In this document: positions 1-10,581 of the stretch, in pieces
Layout of the letters: the number at the start of each line of letters is the position of its first letter
Position numbering within the stretch: the stretch's first letter is position 1
IMG/VR virus record: IMGVR_UViG_3300036944_000561
Location: 64,525 to 128,524 of that record
DNA: 64,000 nt
Direction: 5' to 3' (one strand)
Source of the DNA: a virus
Made by a program: the position numbers and the translations under genes
The notes under the pieces: generated by a model
Told to the model about the DNA's origin: nothing
Seen by the model: the letters and a program-made list of their open reading frames with translations, nothing else
Database searches by the model: none

Positions 1-1382
1 AGCGAAGGAGATCCCCCGTTCAATATGCCCTTAGTCACCAAGGTTCCAGTGAAGACTGCTGAGTTTTTGGTTGCAGTCACTTTAACGGCATTGGACCAAG
101 ACTTCCCAGTATTGAAAGTTATATCACGCGCAACCAATCTACAAGCATTAGTTGATTGCTTGTTGGCTGACATAGTTCTGAATGTACCAATTTCCGCATT
201 AGTTGCATCAAGGATACTATACAGAATGTTGGCATCAATGATTGGTGTTCCCAATGTAGATTGAAGATCAACCAATGACCCATAGATTGAAGCGGTAGCA
301 GCGTTGTTAGCAGTAGCAGTATCGCGAGATTTCGGCATCTCAACGAACTTCGGTGTGCTATTTTCAATGCGATATCCATATACATAATGAACAGCCGGGG
401 AAACCACCACCACCACTTTGGATTCATCACCACCGGAAGCTGCATCGTAAACACCACCATTGTCATTTTCTAACAAATGTTCACGGATTTCAAATGATGG
501 TGCATTGACAGAATAGTTCCCTGATTCTTCATATGTACGCTGAGCCAAGATTTTCATAATCTCGTTGTATTGTACTTCGCTCAACATGCTCACAACATTT
601 CCACTATTGATGGTGGCCAATGTCAGGAAATTTGGATTCTCTGTTGCGGTGTCTTTGAAGCCTAATGTCAAAGTCAGCTTCAATCTATCCGCACCCGGTG
701 AACGAGCATTCGGAGTACCTAGGGCATTCGAAAGAAGATCAGTATCTTCGTTGGAAGTGATGATTTCTTCAAGAACTGTAAATCCAACATCAACAGAGAC
801 GTTTTCGGTATTGCTGAGGACTACTTCTTGGGCTTCACACCGAACCATCATACCCCTAACGAAGAAGATCCCTTCATCGACAGTAGCATATGAACCGATT
901 CCTGTTTCGGTCAGAGTTGTGGTTTCTACGAGAACTTCCGCTTCATTGGTATCCAAATAATAGAAAGTCAGCGTTTCACCGATTGTGAAATCTTGGGTTT
1001 CATTATCGGAACCGCTCTTCACAATATCACAGAAAGCATATGTGGTTGTTCCGGATGAGATATACGTGACTTTGGCTTCAATCCCTGTGGTTTCTCCTCT
1101 CACGAGTAGATTGTCAGTTGCTGCTAGAATTGAAGCATCAACCGAAACAAATCCGATTGAAAGAAGCTTGGTTTGAACTACAAAGTTCCCCGGAACCACC
1201 ACTGATCCATTTTTGAATAGATTGGTGCCCACTGATTCAATTTGATTCAGAAGGATATCCTGAAGTTCGTTGAGTTCACGACTCTGAACTGTTTGACCAG
1301 CCTTGAAAAGTATTTGATAGAACCGTTTCGCCGGATCATTATCATCAAAATATGGGCTGATGTTGAGGTCTGTCTGACGCAT
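1..1382 (-). CDS. DUF4815/VrlC-like virion structural protein (runs off the window; absent from the ORF track)
   Basis: Hand translation from ATG at 1382: MRQTDLNISPYFDDNDPAKRFYQILFKAGQTVQSRELNELQDILLNQIESVGTNLFKNGSVVPG, the typical DUF4815 N-terminus. Preceded by TTAAATA and a GAGGGT SD. Confidence 0.85.
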   Translation of the reverse strand, partial: MRQTDLNISPYFDDNDPAKRFYQILFKAGQTVQSRELNELQDILLNQIESVGTNLFKNGSVVVPGNFVVQTKLLSIGFVSVDASILAATDNLLVRGETTGIEAKVTYISSGTTTYAFCDIVKSGSDNETQDFTIGETLTFYYLDTNEAEVLVETTTLTETGIGSYATVDEGIFFVRGMMVRCEAQEVVLSNTENVSVDVGFTVLEEIITSNEDTDLLSNALGTPNARSPGADRLKLTLTLGFKDTATENPNFLTLATINSGNVVSMLSEVQYNEIMKILAQRTYEESGNYSVNAPSFEIREHLLENDNGGVYDAASGGDESKVVVVVSPAVHYVYGYRIENSTPKFVEMPKSRDTATANNAATASIYGSLVDLQSTLGTPIIDANILYSILDATNAEIGTFRTMSANKQSTNACRLVARDITFNTGKSWSNAVKVTATKNSAVFTGTLVTKGILNGGSPS

Positions 1383-1453
1383 AATAAAATACCCTCGCAG
1401 ATAAATTTGTTATCTTTGAGGGTATTTAATGAAAGATAATATCAGACGATGTG
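1371..1453 (-). repeat. 83-bp repeat copy A (late promoter + hairpin + DUF4815 start), inverted relative to 10582-10664
   Basis: Manual alignment gives 78/83 identity with 10582-10664. Confidence 0.95.
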
Positions 1454-1684
1454 ATAGTTAGAGCCATTTCATTGGGGTATTTCCAAATTCTTGTTCCAAA
1501 TGATAATACAAACCATTTTGTATAGAAATCTAATAAGGATAACTAAAAATCCATTTCTGGTTCTATTATATATTTCGACTATAATATATAAAAAACCCCT
1601 GTCAAGACAAGGGTTTAAAAAGACAGTATGATGAATATTGTCTTTATATTGTCGATTAAGAACAAATTTTTTATATTAAATCTA

Positions 1685-4357
1685 TTAACTATTTAACATC
1701 GATTTCAAAACTTCGATATCAAGAAGCGCTGCCTGCTCATAACGAATACCATATCTGTTACCAGCAGGTATGGTTTCTGACCATGATTCTTTAACTAAGA
1801 ATACTTGTTTTTCTTTTACAGTCATAGTTTGTTCTTTTTGCACTTCTACACCATCATTGTCATACAGAGCTGGAATTTTAACCTCTTTTTCCACCTCTTT
1901 TGTATCATAAATTGCTGGATGTTCTATAACTTGCTCCGGCCATTCGTCATAACACAGAACAGCATACTCTGTCGCGTCAAGCCCGTATTTTTCAAACGCA
2001 GCCACAACATCTTGCGCAATTTTACCGATGTGCCAACGTGCTTTGTCACCTTTTTTATTCACTGAGTCAACGTATTTAAAACGCTTTGTTGGGACTTCTG
2101 ACCATGCTTTTACTACTAAAGACGGAACATCCTCAATCTGCTCTTTAACTCGGCGGTCAGATTGATTGATAACGTTTGATGCAGCATAAACCTCTGTCCA
2201 TAATGTAGAGGCGTCACCCAAAGACTGAGCATTATTTATTCCGGCTGTTACAGCGCTGCTGCCAGATTTAACTTGCAGTCTGATACCACCAGAACTCACC
2301 ATCTCTATTGATGTTGCATCAGCACCCAATACACCAAATTGAAGTCCACTTGCAGTAGCATCAAAAAACCCAGCTTTGCCACCGACATATGCTCGATTGC
2401 TTATAGTCAACGGGACATTACCAACGGTTGTACCACCTACCGCCATATTTCCGCCGCAATGCCACCTACCTGAGTTTGGAGCATAGCATGTATATCCTGT
2501 GTCTTGATATGCTACTAACGCAGAATTTGATGCTCCGGCAGCCAAATTTTGAATGAGTATTCCTGTTTGCTCGGATAGTGTGCCCCCGCCGGTCACAGCC
2601 ATTGCTCCGATGTATGCGCCAACTCTTGATGATACTGTTCCGCTTCCTGAATGCGTTGGAAGTGACCAAAAACTCATCATTGCATCAATAGTAGCACTTG
2701 ATGAAAAATCATTTCTGTCTTGATATGCATGTAGGTGGTTAGCGTTGTTTGGTGAAGTCCATGAAACTTTAGCATCGAAAGACGCATACGTACCAACATC
2801 AGTATGGTTTGTAACTTGAGTGTTATCAGAGAAGCCGTGGCAATCAGTGTCAGTTGTTAGTTCTCGCTGAACCTGGTATGTGTCCCTCGGAAGTACCCCA
2901 AAAACAACATCACCAACGACAACTTTGTAAGGTACATGAGTCACTCCGTTTTCGTCAGCATAAATTGCATCACCTAAAGTTCTGCCATTACCTATTGATA
3001 TGTCGTCAGCATTATGAGCAGAACCATCACCTGGTTTTGAATCTTCCAAATGTGAATGTTTGAGAATCCCAGTTCCTTCGTCTACCCATGCATCTGAAGC
3101 AATTCCCCCATTTGTTTCTGGAGTTGCCCCTGCAGGAACTTCCTTCGGTAATGCCCCCGCCCAACGATACCAATGACTATCAACGGTGTTTTTCAATATG
3201 TGAGAGGCAGAGGTGATGGTTGCCCCGGTACTGAAATCCACCCCCAACAATTTGTAGTATGGAGAACGTGCAGCGTTCCCTACACTATCAACCCCGCCAA
3301 CAGCCCCTACAAGCTCCTCAGAAGCACTCTGGGGATTTTCTTCTACCCATTGAACCGAATCACCATCACCATATAGGATATAAGTTCTTCCGTCGTTCAG
3401 GTTGTACCAACGAGTCCCGGTAGCCACGTTCACTGGCATAACATCGGAGATGATGGTTGAACTCCCACCAACGGAACCACTAGTCATTTCGACCCAAGCA
3501 CCTTCACCCACACCACCAGTGGATTCTGGAGTAGAACCTAGGTCAACAATTTTCGGAATAGAACCAGACCACCTCCACAACCGACCAGTGTACAAACTCA
3601 ACAGAATCTGGCTGTTATCTGTAATTGTTGCACCATATTCGAATGAACCAGTATTCAAGACATATCCAGATGAAGCGGTCAAAATCTTCATCATTGGACG
3701 GGAAGGAATCACACCAGAAGACAATTTGAATGCGCCATCACCCAATCCCCCTGCATCGGCCACTGTTGATCCAGCGGTGATCGTCTTAGGAAATGAGCCT
3801 GTCCAATAATACCATTCACCATCAGAACCTAAAACTGATTGAGTTTTACGAACCAATGTACCACCAGAAGCAAATGTGATTTCTGGAACTTCAATACCGC
3901 CCGTAATAGGGGCAATCACCCAGTCTGTTTCTGTTAGGAAGTCTCCAGTTGTGGTATATGGGAGGGTTCCTGACCAATAATAGGTCACACCATCATAGAC
4001 AACTGTCTGACTGTGACGTTCAATATCAATAGCAGCAGCATAGAGAACAGCGGGTTCAAATCCAATGGTCAGCAAGTAATTGACAAAATCACTATCATAT
4101 TGAACCAATTTATCACTGATTTGAGTGTTATACCCGGTGATCGCATCGGCAACGCTTTGATCGCCCAATGCCTTCCAATCGGCTATCTGACCACGCAATG
4201 TTTTCAATGTTCCGGATTGCGTGTCAATAGTCCCATCTTCTGGACCTGTCACCCAATATTCGTGATTTGCGGTGGTTTCTTCTGCCCCAATAACAGCTAC
4301 TTGGAGTCTATCAGTAAACTCCTGTATTAATTGAATATTCGTATCAATGTCGGACAT
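1685..4357 (-). CDS. Tail fibre/tailspike A with ~4 tailspike N-terminal-type repeats and a C-terminal intramolecular chaperone (peptidase S74-like)
   Basis: Repeated TF.SG.T...WY.W.G..PK....GST....GG....AW modules; SDRRVKEQI...HIGKIAQDV...YGIRYEQ at the C-terminus; TTAAATA upstream. Confidence 0.85.
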   Translation of the reverse strand: MSDIDTNIQLIQEFTDRLQVAVIGAEETTANHEYWVTGPEDGTIDTQSGTLKTLRGQIADWKALGDQSVADAITGYNTQISDKLVQYDSDFVNYLLTIGFEPAVLYAAAIDIERHSQTVVYDGVTYYWSGTLPYTTTGDFLTETDWVIAPITGGIEVPEITFASGGTLVRKTQSVLGSDGEWYYWTGSFPKTITAGSTVADAGGLGDGAFKLSSGVIPSRPMMKILTASSGYVLNTGSFEYGATITDNSQILLSLYTGRLWRWSGSIPKIVDLGSTPESTGGVGEGAWVEMTSGSVGGSSTIISDVMPVNVATGTRWYNLNDGRTYILYGDGDSVQWVEENPQSASEELVGAVGGVDSVGNAARSPYYKLLGVDFSTGATITSASHILKNTVDSHWYRWAGALPKEVPAGATPETNGGIASDAWVDEGTGILKHSHLEDSKPGDGSAHNADDISIGNGRTLGDAIYADENGVTHVPYKVVVGDVVFGVLPRDTYQVQRELTTDTDCHGFSDNTQVTNHTDVGTYASFDAKVSWTSPNNANHLHAYQDRNDFSSSATIDAMMSFWSLPTHSGSGTVSSRVGAYIGAMAVTGGGTLSEQTGILIQNLAAGASNSALVAYQDTGYTCYAPNSGRWHCGGNMAVGGTTVGNVPLTISNRAYVGGKAGFFDATASGLQFGVLGADATSIEMVSSGGIRLQVKSGSSAVTAGINNAQSLGDASTLWTEVYAASNVINQSDRRVKEQIEDVPSLVVKAWSEVPTKRFKYVDSVNKKGDKARWHIGKIAQDVVAAFEKYGLDATEYAVLCYDEWPEQVIEHPAIYDTKEVEKEVKIPALYDNDGVEVQKEQTMTVKEKQVFLVKESWSETIPAGNRYGIRYEQAALLDIEVLKSMLNS
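2998..3108 (-). repeat. Fibre junction repeat copy A (encodes GGIASDAW...LKHSHLEDSKPGDGSAHNADDI)
   Basis: 22 consecutive identical aa and a 23-nt perfect core (3030-3052) shared with 7479-7501 on the opposite strand. Confidence 0.9.
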
Positions 4358-4398
4358 GATAATTACCTTTAAATCAAAGTGTTATGAATATTTAATCA

Positions 4399-5319
4399 TT
4401 ATGGCAACGCGATCATTGTCGTTGCAAATGGACCTTCAAAGAATTCTTTCCATATATCAATGAATGATGGAAGTTTCGAATAGTCTCCGGCCATTAATGA
4501 CCATTCCAAATCTGAATACACTCTAACAATACAACGGAAGCCACCAGGATGAAACGCTCTCAACCAAAGATTCACATATTGTTCGCCTATTTGGCCATAT
4601 TTAGAACCGACCAGATTGATTACATATGTGAATTCGTCATATTCGTAATCATCACGAAGAAAATTGTCACCATCCAATACAAAATTATCATCTAATCGGC
4701 TAATTTTCAATCTAGGAAGTTCATAATAGACTTTCCCACCATAGACGGCTTCAAAGAATATTTTAGCACATTGAATGCTTCCTCTGATTTTGAAAAGATG
4801 TCGGGCAATTTTAATCATCAAATTCAAATCTGGACCAACAGTGTATTCATCAAGATCGGCCAATTCAACCAAGCCCTTGTCTTTTAACCAACTTCTAATA
4901 TGAAAATCATTGCATTGTTGAAACTGCACTTCCCTTGATGATGTGTCTGTTTCGGTTGTTCCTAGGACATATCCATCAAGTGTTTCTAATCCCACCCATT
5001 CTCGTTCCAAAGATTTATCTTCAATCAACCGGGTAGGAGAAACAGAAATACCATAATGTTCACGAAATTTTTGCAAGTCTGCAATTTTAGTGAACAATCG
5101 AATATTGGCATCAGCAAACGGATAATCTTTTTTGTCCCACCAACTTTCATCATCCATTAACAGTTGAAGTTGGTCTGGTAACAATTTCCAGTCATATAAA
5201 GAATTGACATAGGCTTCCAAAAACTCTACCAAGTTTGGATAGAATTTCGAAAAATGAGCAGGAAGGATGCTTGCTGGATCTTTCACCCCGCTCAAACTTG
5301 GGTTTCCATCAAGTCTCAT
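4399..5319 (-). CDS. gp7: Baseplate wedge protein, gp7-like
   Basis: LVEFLEAY, LFKIRGS..CAKIFFEAVYG, LRDDYEYDEFTYVI and RAFHPGGF motifs; lies downstream of gp6. Confidence 0.7.
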   Translation of the reverse strand: MRLDGNPSLSGVKDPASILPAHFSKFYPNLVEFLEAYVNSLYDWKLLPDQLQLLMDDESWWDKKDYPFADANIRLFTKIADLQKFREHYGISVSPTRLIEDKSLEREWVGLETLDGYVLGTTETDTSSREVQFQQCNDFHIRSWLKDKGLVELADLDEYTVGPDLNLMIKIARHLFKIRGSIQCAKIFFEAVYGGKVYYELPRLKISRLDDNFVLDGDNFLRDDYEYDEFTYVINLVGSKYGQIGEQYVNLWLRAFHPGGFRCIVRVYSDLEWSLMAGDYSKLPSFIDIWKEFFEGPFATTMIALP

Positions 5320-5329
5320 GAGTTGCTCC

Positions 5330-7021
5330 TTATCCTATGGTCAATGTTTCAATAGTGATGTTCATGATTTCGTTTCGCATCGTTTGAATTTGAAGATCGT
5401 CACCACCCGCTGTAGCATAGGCCATTGAGAATGTTGCATCATCGAACACAATCCCTGTAATGTTGATGGTTCCAGCGGTATAATTCACAGTTGCCTGGAC
5501 ATCTTCAACATATACACCATTCAGATATGCTTGAATGACTCCTGTACCATCATCCTTGAATTGGTCATAATTGGTCAATCCTGTTACGTCTACAGAAAAT
5601 GATCCCACTTCGAATTCTCTATGAAAATCGAAATATGCTGTCTTTCTACTCACAGTAGGATCAACAGCCATTCGATATCCGATATAAACACGATCAACAT
5701 TCGAAACATTCGTTTTGATATAATCTTCAAGATCACCGGGTTCAAATTCAAGAGCAAAGTCAGTCTTGGTTTCGGCATAATTCTGAATGGCGATGGTCAC
5801 ATTTTGTTTGAGAGTGTTCTTTGTTGAAGAAAGTGTTGATGTTGAACCAACAAACACATCTAGAAGAATATCAAATTCACCCGGATCCACAATTTCTGTT
5901 AGAATAGAACCAACACAATACTTTGAAAGATATTCATTTCCTAATGTCTTTTCTTCAACAGTGAGCGCTGGAGAAACACAAAGAATTACATATCCCGGTT
6001 TCGCATAGGGGAGATTTTCTTCACCGCCCCATTGGGTGATCTTTCTACCCCCGAAATATGTTCTCAGTTTTTCACCGTATTCGGCTGTGGCTACTGCAAC
6101 TCCATCCATACCATAAGCGACTTCAGAATGTTTCTGTATGGTTTCGATATCTTCAGGATCTTCACCCCCGGCCGAAGCACTTTGAACTGTAACAGTGATA
6201 TCGCTATATCCACCAATTTCGGCGGTTGCAACCAGGCTAGAAACGCCGTTCCCGGATGCCCCGGAGTTTGTCATAGCCTGTACATAGATGATGTTTCCAT
6301 CTGCGAGAGCAGCTGAAATAGCATCATCACCAAATTCAACTTGGTAGAAACCTCTACGATTCATTGACAGATAATACAACTTTTCGGCAACACCTAATTG
6401 AAACGCTGATTCGAATTTAGTATATTCTTCAGTGGTGGTGTCAGTTGAAGATGCTCTAACAAAGACTTGCATTGTTGAAATGTCAATGTCTTTGTTTGGG
6501 ATTTCGAATATTTCGGGAGCTGAACCACTTTTTGTGAATGTTGATGTGACGAGAGTCCCTTCAATCAATTCAACAGTCGCAGTATAGACATCATTCACTA
6601 GATTGACATCGGTTGCCGCAAGAGGATAGAAAGTATAAGAAGTCCCATCAGAAACACCCATGGTGCTGAAACTTTTTGGGATTGTGAGAGTAGCAGGAGC
6701 CGTCCCGGTATCCGTTGGTGTGATAACTATATCAGCAGTCAATTTAGAAGATCGATATCCCATTGGGACATACCCGGTAGCCGCTGTCACTAATGCTTGA
6801 ACATTTTCAAGAATTTCGCTGGTCGAATAATGAGACTCAGCCAGCGTGAAATGTGAGCTGACACCTTGCGAAGAGCTAACAGTTGAAAGGAGTCTGATGA
6901 TGCTCACAAGACCAGATCCTTCAAAGTCAAAATCTTTGAATCTTGGATCCCCCTTCATCAATATCTGGAGCGCGGTCTTGAATCCGGCATAATCAACAGG
7001 CGTGATCTGTGAAGCAGCCAT
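5330..7021 (-). CDS. gp6: Baseplate wedge subunit gp6
   Basis: FKDFDFEGSGL, YQVEFGD, GGEDPEDIETI and WGGEEN motifs. Confidence 0.92.
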   Translation of the reverse strand: MAASQITPVDYAGFKTALQILMKGDPRFKDFDFEGSGLVSIIRLLSTVSSSQGVSSHFTLAESHYSTSEILENVQALVTAATGYVPMGYRSSKLTADIVITPTDTGTAPATLTIPKSFSTMGVSDGTSYTFYPLAATDVNLVNDVYTATVELIEGTLVTSTFTKSGSAPEIFEIPNKDIDISTMQVFVRASSTDTTTEEYTKFESAFQLGVAEKLYYLSMNRRGFYQVEFGDDAISAALADGNIIYVQAMTNSGASGNGVSSLVATAEIGGYSDITVTVQSASAGGEDPEDIETIQKHSEVAYGMDGVAVATAEYGEKLRTYFGGRKITQWGGEENLPYAKPGYVILCVSPALTVEEKTLGNEYLSKYCVGSILTEIVDPGEFDILLDVFVGSTSTLSSTKNTLKQNVTIAIQNYAETKTDFALEFEPGDLEDYIKTNVSNVDRVYIGYRMAVDPTVSRKTAYFDFHREFEVGSFSVDVTGLTNYDQFKDDGTGVIQAYLNGVYVEDVQATVNYTAGTINITGIVFDDATFSMAYATAGGDDLQIQTMRNEIMNITIETLTIG

Positions 7022-7048
7022 GAGAATTTCCTCTAAAGTCGTTTCATC

Positions 7049-7065
7049 TATTTAAATCATTAAAT
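7049..7065. promoter_or_regulatory. Back-to-back divergent late promoters (TTAAATA on each strand)
   Basis: tatttaa at 7049-7055 faces gp6; ttaaata at 7059-7065 faces fibre B. Resembles the T4 late consensus TATAAATA. Confidence 0.7.
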
Positions 7066-7097
7066 AACTTCAATTGATTTCTAAGGAGAATCACACC

Positions 7098-9509
7098 ATG
7101 GCTTTGCAATTTCCTAATAATCCGAGTCTTGGTCAGACTTATGAGTTTGCACCCTATATTTACCAATGGGATGGCGAAAAATGGAAAACCATCGGGATCG
7201 GGTACAATCCAATTTCTCAGTTATTTGTTGAAGGAGCAGTAGATTTAATTGGAAGTGCTGCTCGGTCTCCATATTTCAAAAACAAGACAGTTTCTCTTAC
7301 CACTGGGGGAACTCTGAATGCTTCTTCAGAATTAATCTACGACCCAGATACAGAATTGTGGTACAATTGGAACGGAACATTCCCCAAAGTGATATCCGCT
7401 GGAAGCACTATTGCTTCTTCAGGTGGTATTGCTTCGGATGCTTGGTTGGCTCAAGGAACGGGGGTTCTAAAGCATTCGCATTTGGAAGATTCAAAACCAG
7501 GAGATGGGTCTGCTCACAACGCTGATGATATAGGACGGGGGTCATCAACAGTTGATAATGACTTGGCATCGCTTGAATCAAGAGCTAATAACGCTGATAA
7601 TAATTTTCTGTTGCTCGGTAATGATATAGGTAGCATAAATAATCAAATATCAATATTACAATCAAAAAACTTACAGCAAGACGCATTAATCTTATTAGTC
7701 GAGTCAAAAAACTCTGAGCAAGATGCTGCCATAAACGCATTAGAAGCAGGGCAAGGCTCAAGCGTTTACGGCTATGCAACTCTTGCTGACTTAAATGCAG
7801 ATTTAGCTCCTAGTGATAAGTCTATCGCTTACGTTACAAATGACAGCACTGCAACAAATAACGGCACATATCGTAAAGTTGGCGCAACTGGAACCGGGTC
7901 ATGGATTCAAGCATCGTCAGACTTAGCGTCACTCGCGTACAATCTTGCAATAGAAAATGCCGCAGAACTAGACAACATAGGCATTGAGACAATATCTGCT
8001 GACGACCTAGCTCATGCTATCACAGATACAAACGGAAAAATGTTGTTAGGTATCAGAGAAAATGGTGATTTAGACAATCCGCAAATTAATCGCATTGCTG
8101 GTATAGAGTCGGAAACACTTAATATAATCCCTGTGTACGGCCAATCAAATTCAATAGGGGCAATAGATTATTCTCAGACTTGGCGTATTCCAATGCCTTG
8201 GGGGATGTATCCAACTGGTTATGCGGGTGATCTTGACGGTAGTAAGTATATAACAACAGTTAGGACTGGTGTTAACACTTGGACGTTGAATAACAACCTA
8301 TTGTCTTTTAACGTATTTTCAGGGGCAGCTTACGGGTCTGCTGGTGAGGGCATTTACCACGGGTTAGTTGATTCTGTGGCACAACGTAACCCATCACATC
8401 CCATGTGCATTTTCTCGCATGGTGTTGGTAGCTATACAATTGACCAACTAGACAAACCAACTCAAGCAGAGATATTGGCTGGTTCAGCCTCTGGGGTGGT
8501 GATACCCACAACCAGTGCTGAATACCTAATGAACTCTGCTGGTCGTAATATGTCATACATAAATCAGTATCCGTATTCTACATGTGCGACACCTTATTAC
8601 AAGGGCATGTGGCTGATTGCAAGAGCAAAAAAATTAGCTATTGAATCTTCGTTTAGTGCTGCAAAGGTTACCGCAGTACCTTGGTTGCAAGGTGAGGCAG
8701 ACCAATCAAATGCAAACTATGCAGCATCGCTTACATCGCTTTATGACAATTACAATGCTGATGTAAAATTAATCACTGGACAGATTGATGACATAGTTAT
8801 GATGTTTGAAACAATCAACTACGGCTCCGCGTTAGAGATATCAGGTCAATCGGGCTATGACACATGGGTATCTAGTGGTTACACTGACACCAGTGCATAC
8901 ATTCCAGATCAGTTCAGAGTTAACGCTCAGAAACTAATAGACAAAACCAAGTCTCTATTGCACCACAACGGGAATAGGAAAACTCCAAGACGAAAAATGT
9001 TTGCTGTGGCACCAAGATATTATGAAACGTCTTGGATTCACATGTTTCCACATGCTGCCAGAGCACTTGGTGAACAATTTGGCAAGGTTTACGAGCAAAC
9101 AGTTATCAAGAAAGAATCTTGGTCACCATGCCTAGCTCATAAGGCGTGGTATGACGATAAATATGTGTATGTTGAAATTGACGCGCCCGAACTACCAATA
9201 CAATTTAGAGCACCATCAGACTCTATTTATGGTACTGAGCAGTTAGTCTCTCGTCCGTATGGTATCAGTTATTGGGATGGTAGTACCATAGTTTCAATCG
9301 ACAAAACCAAGGTGAAGATAATCGGTGGCAACGTAGTACGTATTGAAGCTCCAACCATACCAGCGTCAGGGCATGAAATACGTTATGTTGTTGATGCTTA
9401 TTTTGGTTCAATATGTGATAGCGCCACGACTACTGCTAAGTTTACTCGTAGAAATGGACTATCAAATCAAATGTTTAACTATTGCCTACCGTTCCAATTT
9501 GTACTGTGA
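7098..9509 (+). CDS. Receptor-binding protein B with SGNH/sialate-O-acetylesterase-like domain
   Basis: AAGGAG SD before ATG 7098; MALQFPNNPSLGQTY N-terminus; one tailspike N-terminal module; coiled coil; GQSN, WLQGEAD and WIHMFPH esterase-type blocks. Confidence 0.8.
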   Translation: MALQFPNNPSLGQTYEFAPYIYQWDGEKWKTIGIGYNPISQLFVEGAVDLIGSAARSPYFKNKTVSLTTGGTLNASSELIYDPDTELWYNWNGTFPKVISAGSTIASSGGIASDAWLAQGTGVLKHSHLEDSKPGDGSAHNADDIGRGSSTVDNDLASLESRANNADNNFLLLGNDIGSINNQISILQSKNLQQDALILLVESKNSEQDAAINALEAGQGSSVYGYATLADLNADLAPSDKSIAYVTNDSTATNNGTYRKVGATGTGSWIQASSDLASLAYNLAIENAAELDNIGIETISADDLAHAITDTNGKMLLGIRENGDLDNPQINRIAGIESETLNIIPVYGQSNSIGAIDYSQTWRIPMPWGMYPTGYAGDLDGSKYITTVRTGVNTWTLNNNLLSFNVFSGAAYGSAGEGIYHGLVDSVAQRNPSHPMCIFSHGVGSYTIDQLDKPTQAEILAGSASGVVIPTTSAEYLMNSAGRNMSYINQYPYSTCATPYYKGMWLIARAKKLAIESSFSAAKVTAVPWLQGEADQSNANYAASLTSLYDNYNADVKLITGQIDDIVMMFETINYGSALEISGQSGYDTWVSSGYTDTSAYIPDQFRVNAQKLIDKTKSLLHHNGNRKTPRRKMFAVAPRYYETSWIHMFPHAARALGEQFGKVYEQTVIKKESWSPCLAHKAWYDDKYVYVEIDAPELPIQFRAPSDSIYGTEQLVSRPYGISYWDGSTIVSIDKTKVKIIGGNVVRIEAPTIPASGHEIRYVVDAYFGSICDSATTTAKFTRRNGLSNQMFNYCLPFQFVL
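7422..7532 (+). repeat. Fibre junction repeat copy B
   Basis: Counterpart of 2998-3108; differences within the 22-aa block are synonymous. Confidence 0.9.
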
Positions 9510-9521
9510 TGAGGATTAATA

Positions 9522-10391
9522 ATGGCTATCATAAATAAAGTTAATGCATTAATGCAGATTGGGTCTGCAAAAACAATCCCTGTTATAGAGCAGACGCTTC
9601 GTGTCCCTCATGTATGGACAGGATTACAAGCATGGTTTGATGCATCATATGGGTTTACAAACGATCAGTTCAGTGGGTCGTACTCAAATCCACAGTATCG
9701 AAATAATTGGTATTCACTACTAGCAGATTCGGCTGGCAGGGAATTTCAAAAAGATTATGTCGGAAATGTCTATAACGGGTTGCTTCGTGTGAATCTTAAC
9801 GGTTCAAACTCCGGGTTCCCAACTCCTACTGAAACAATAAACGGACTGACAGCAATGACTGCTCCAAGTCGCGGGACTGTCCACTATTTAAGCGGTGAGT
9901 CGTATTCAGATTCCACTGATAAGACAAGACAGAATACCAGAGCATACACCATATTTTTAGTGTTTAAAGTTCCTTCTGGTGCCGTTGGTGGTATTATCAG
10001 TCAGGCAGATTCACTAATAGCTACTAATGACGCCGCTGGCTTCCGAGTGGGTCTGTCAACGTCAGGTAATGAAGTGATAGTTCAACATAACTCAGGGAAC
10101 AGGTTATCTATTTCGCGTGATGTTAGGGATGACACACCAGTCATCATGTCTATCAGGTGCTCAGAATCACAAGCCATAAACTGTATGTTATGGCATGGAG
10201 GCTCTTTAACTACTCACTCTCAGCAATTTTATGACCAAGGGTTTAATGCTGCATCAAGTCTTGTGATTGGGAATTGCCATGATGTAGGTACAGGCGCAAA
10301 ATCATGGTCTATATTCGGCAAATATAATAAAGACATTGGTGAGGTAAATACCAACTATATTATAAGCATGTTGATGCAAAGATTTAGCTAA
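9522..10391 (+). CDS. Accessory fibre protein, LamG/ConA-like lectin fold candidate
   Basis: Beta-rich (AYTIFLVFK, SLVIGN); GAGGA SD; directly follows fibre B. Confidence 0.5.
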   Translation: MAIINKVNALMQIGSAKTIPVIEQTLRVPHVWTGLQAWFDASYGFTNDQFSGSYSNPQYRNNWYSLLADSAGREFQKDYVGNVYNGLLRVNLNGSNSGFPTPTETINGLTAMTAPSRGTVHYLSGESYSDSTDKTRQNTRAYTIFLVFKVPSGAVGGIISQADSLIATNDAAGFRVGLSTSGNEVIVQHNSGNRLSISRDVRDDTPVIMSIRCSESQAINCMLWHGGSLTTHSQQFYDQGFNAASSLVIGNCHDVGTGAKSWSIFGKYNKDIGEVNTNYIISMLMQRFS

Positions 10392-10497
10392 TCCCCATAT
10401 CTCAACCAGCTTACATGCTTCGGTAACGTAATGCTGGAAATCCATGTTACTAATGTCTAACCATCGTAGAGTATTTTCGATGGTTATTTTAACCCCT

Positions 10498-10528
10498 ACA
10501 AAGACGGTACTCATCATGCCGTCTTTTT
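10498..10528 (+). terminator. Rho-independent terminator, repeated at 50912-50942
   Basis: AAAGACGG-N11-CCGTCTTT followed by Ts; 30/31 identical to the second copy. Confidence 0.8.
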
Positions 10529-10581
10529 TATTATCCCGTCTCTCGATGAGTCGATTGAAGCCTAGATCTAGGCTTCAATTA

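Noticed and set aside
25-1439. Plus-strand ORFs at 25-1439 and the many other antisense or nested ORFs in the track
   Set aside because: They are shadows of recognisable genes on the opposite strand or frame, and lack an SD or motifs.
1454-1560. Remnant of gp8 ending ...TSS(D/G)IIFH* before both 83-bp repeats
   Set aside because: A shared gene-end remnant is visible, but it does not match any gp8 C-terminus I recognise, so it is left unassigned.
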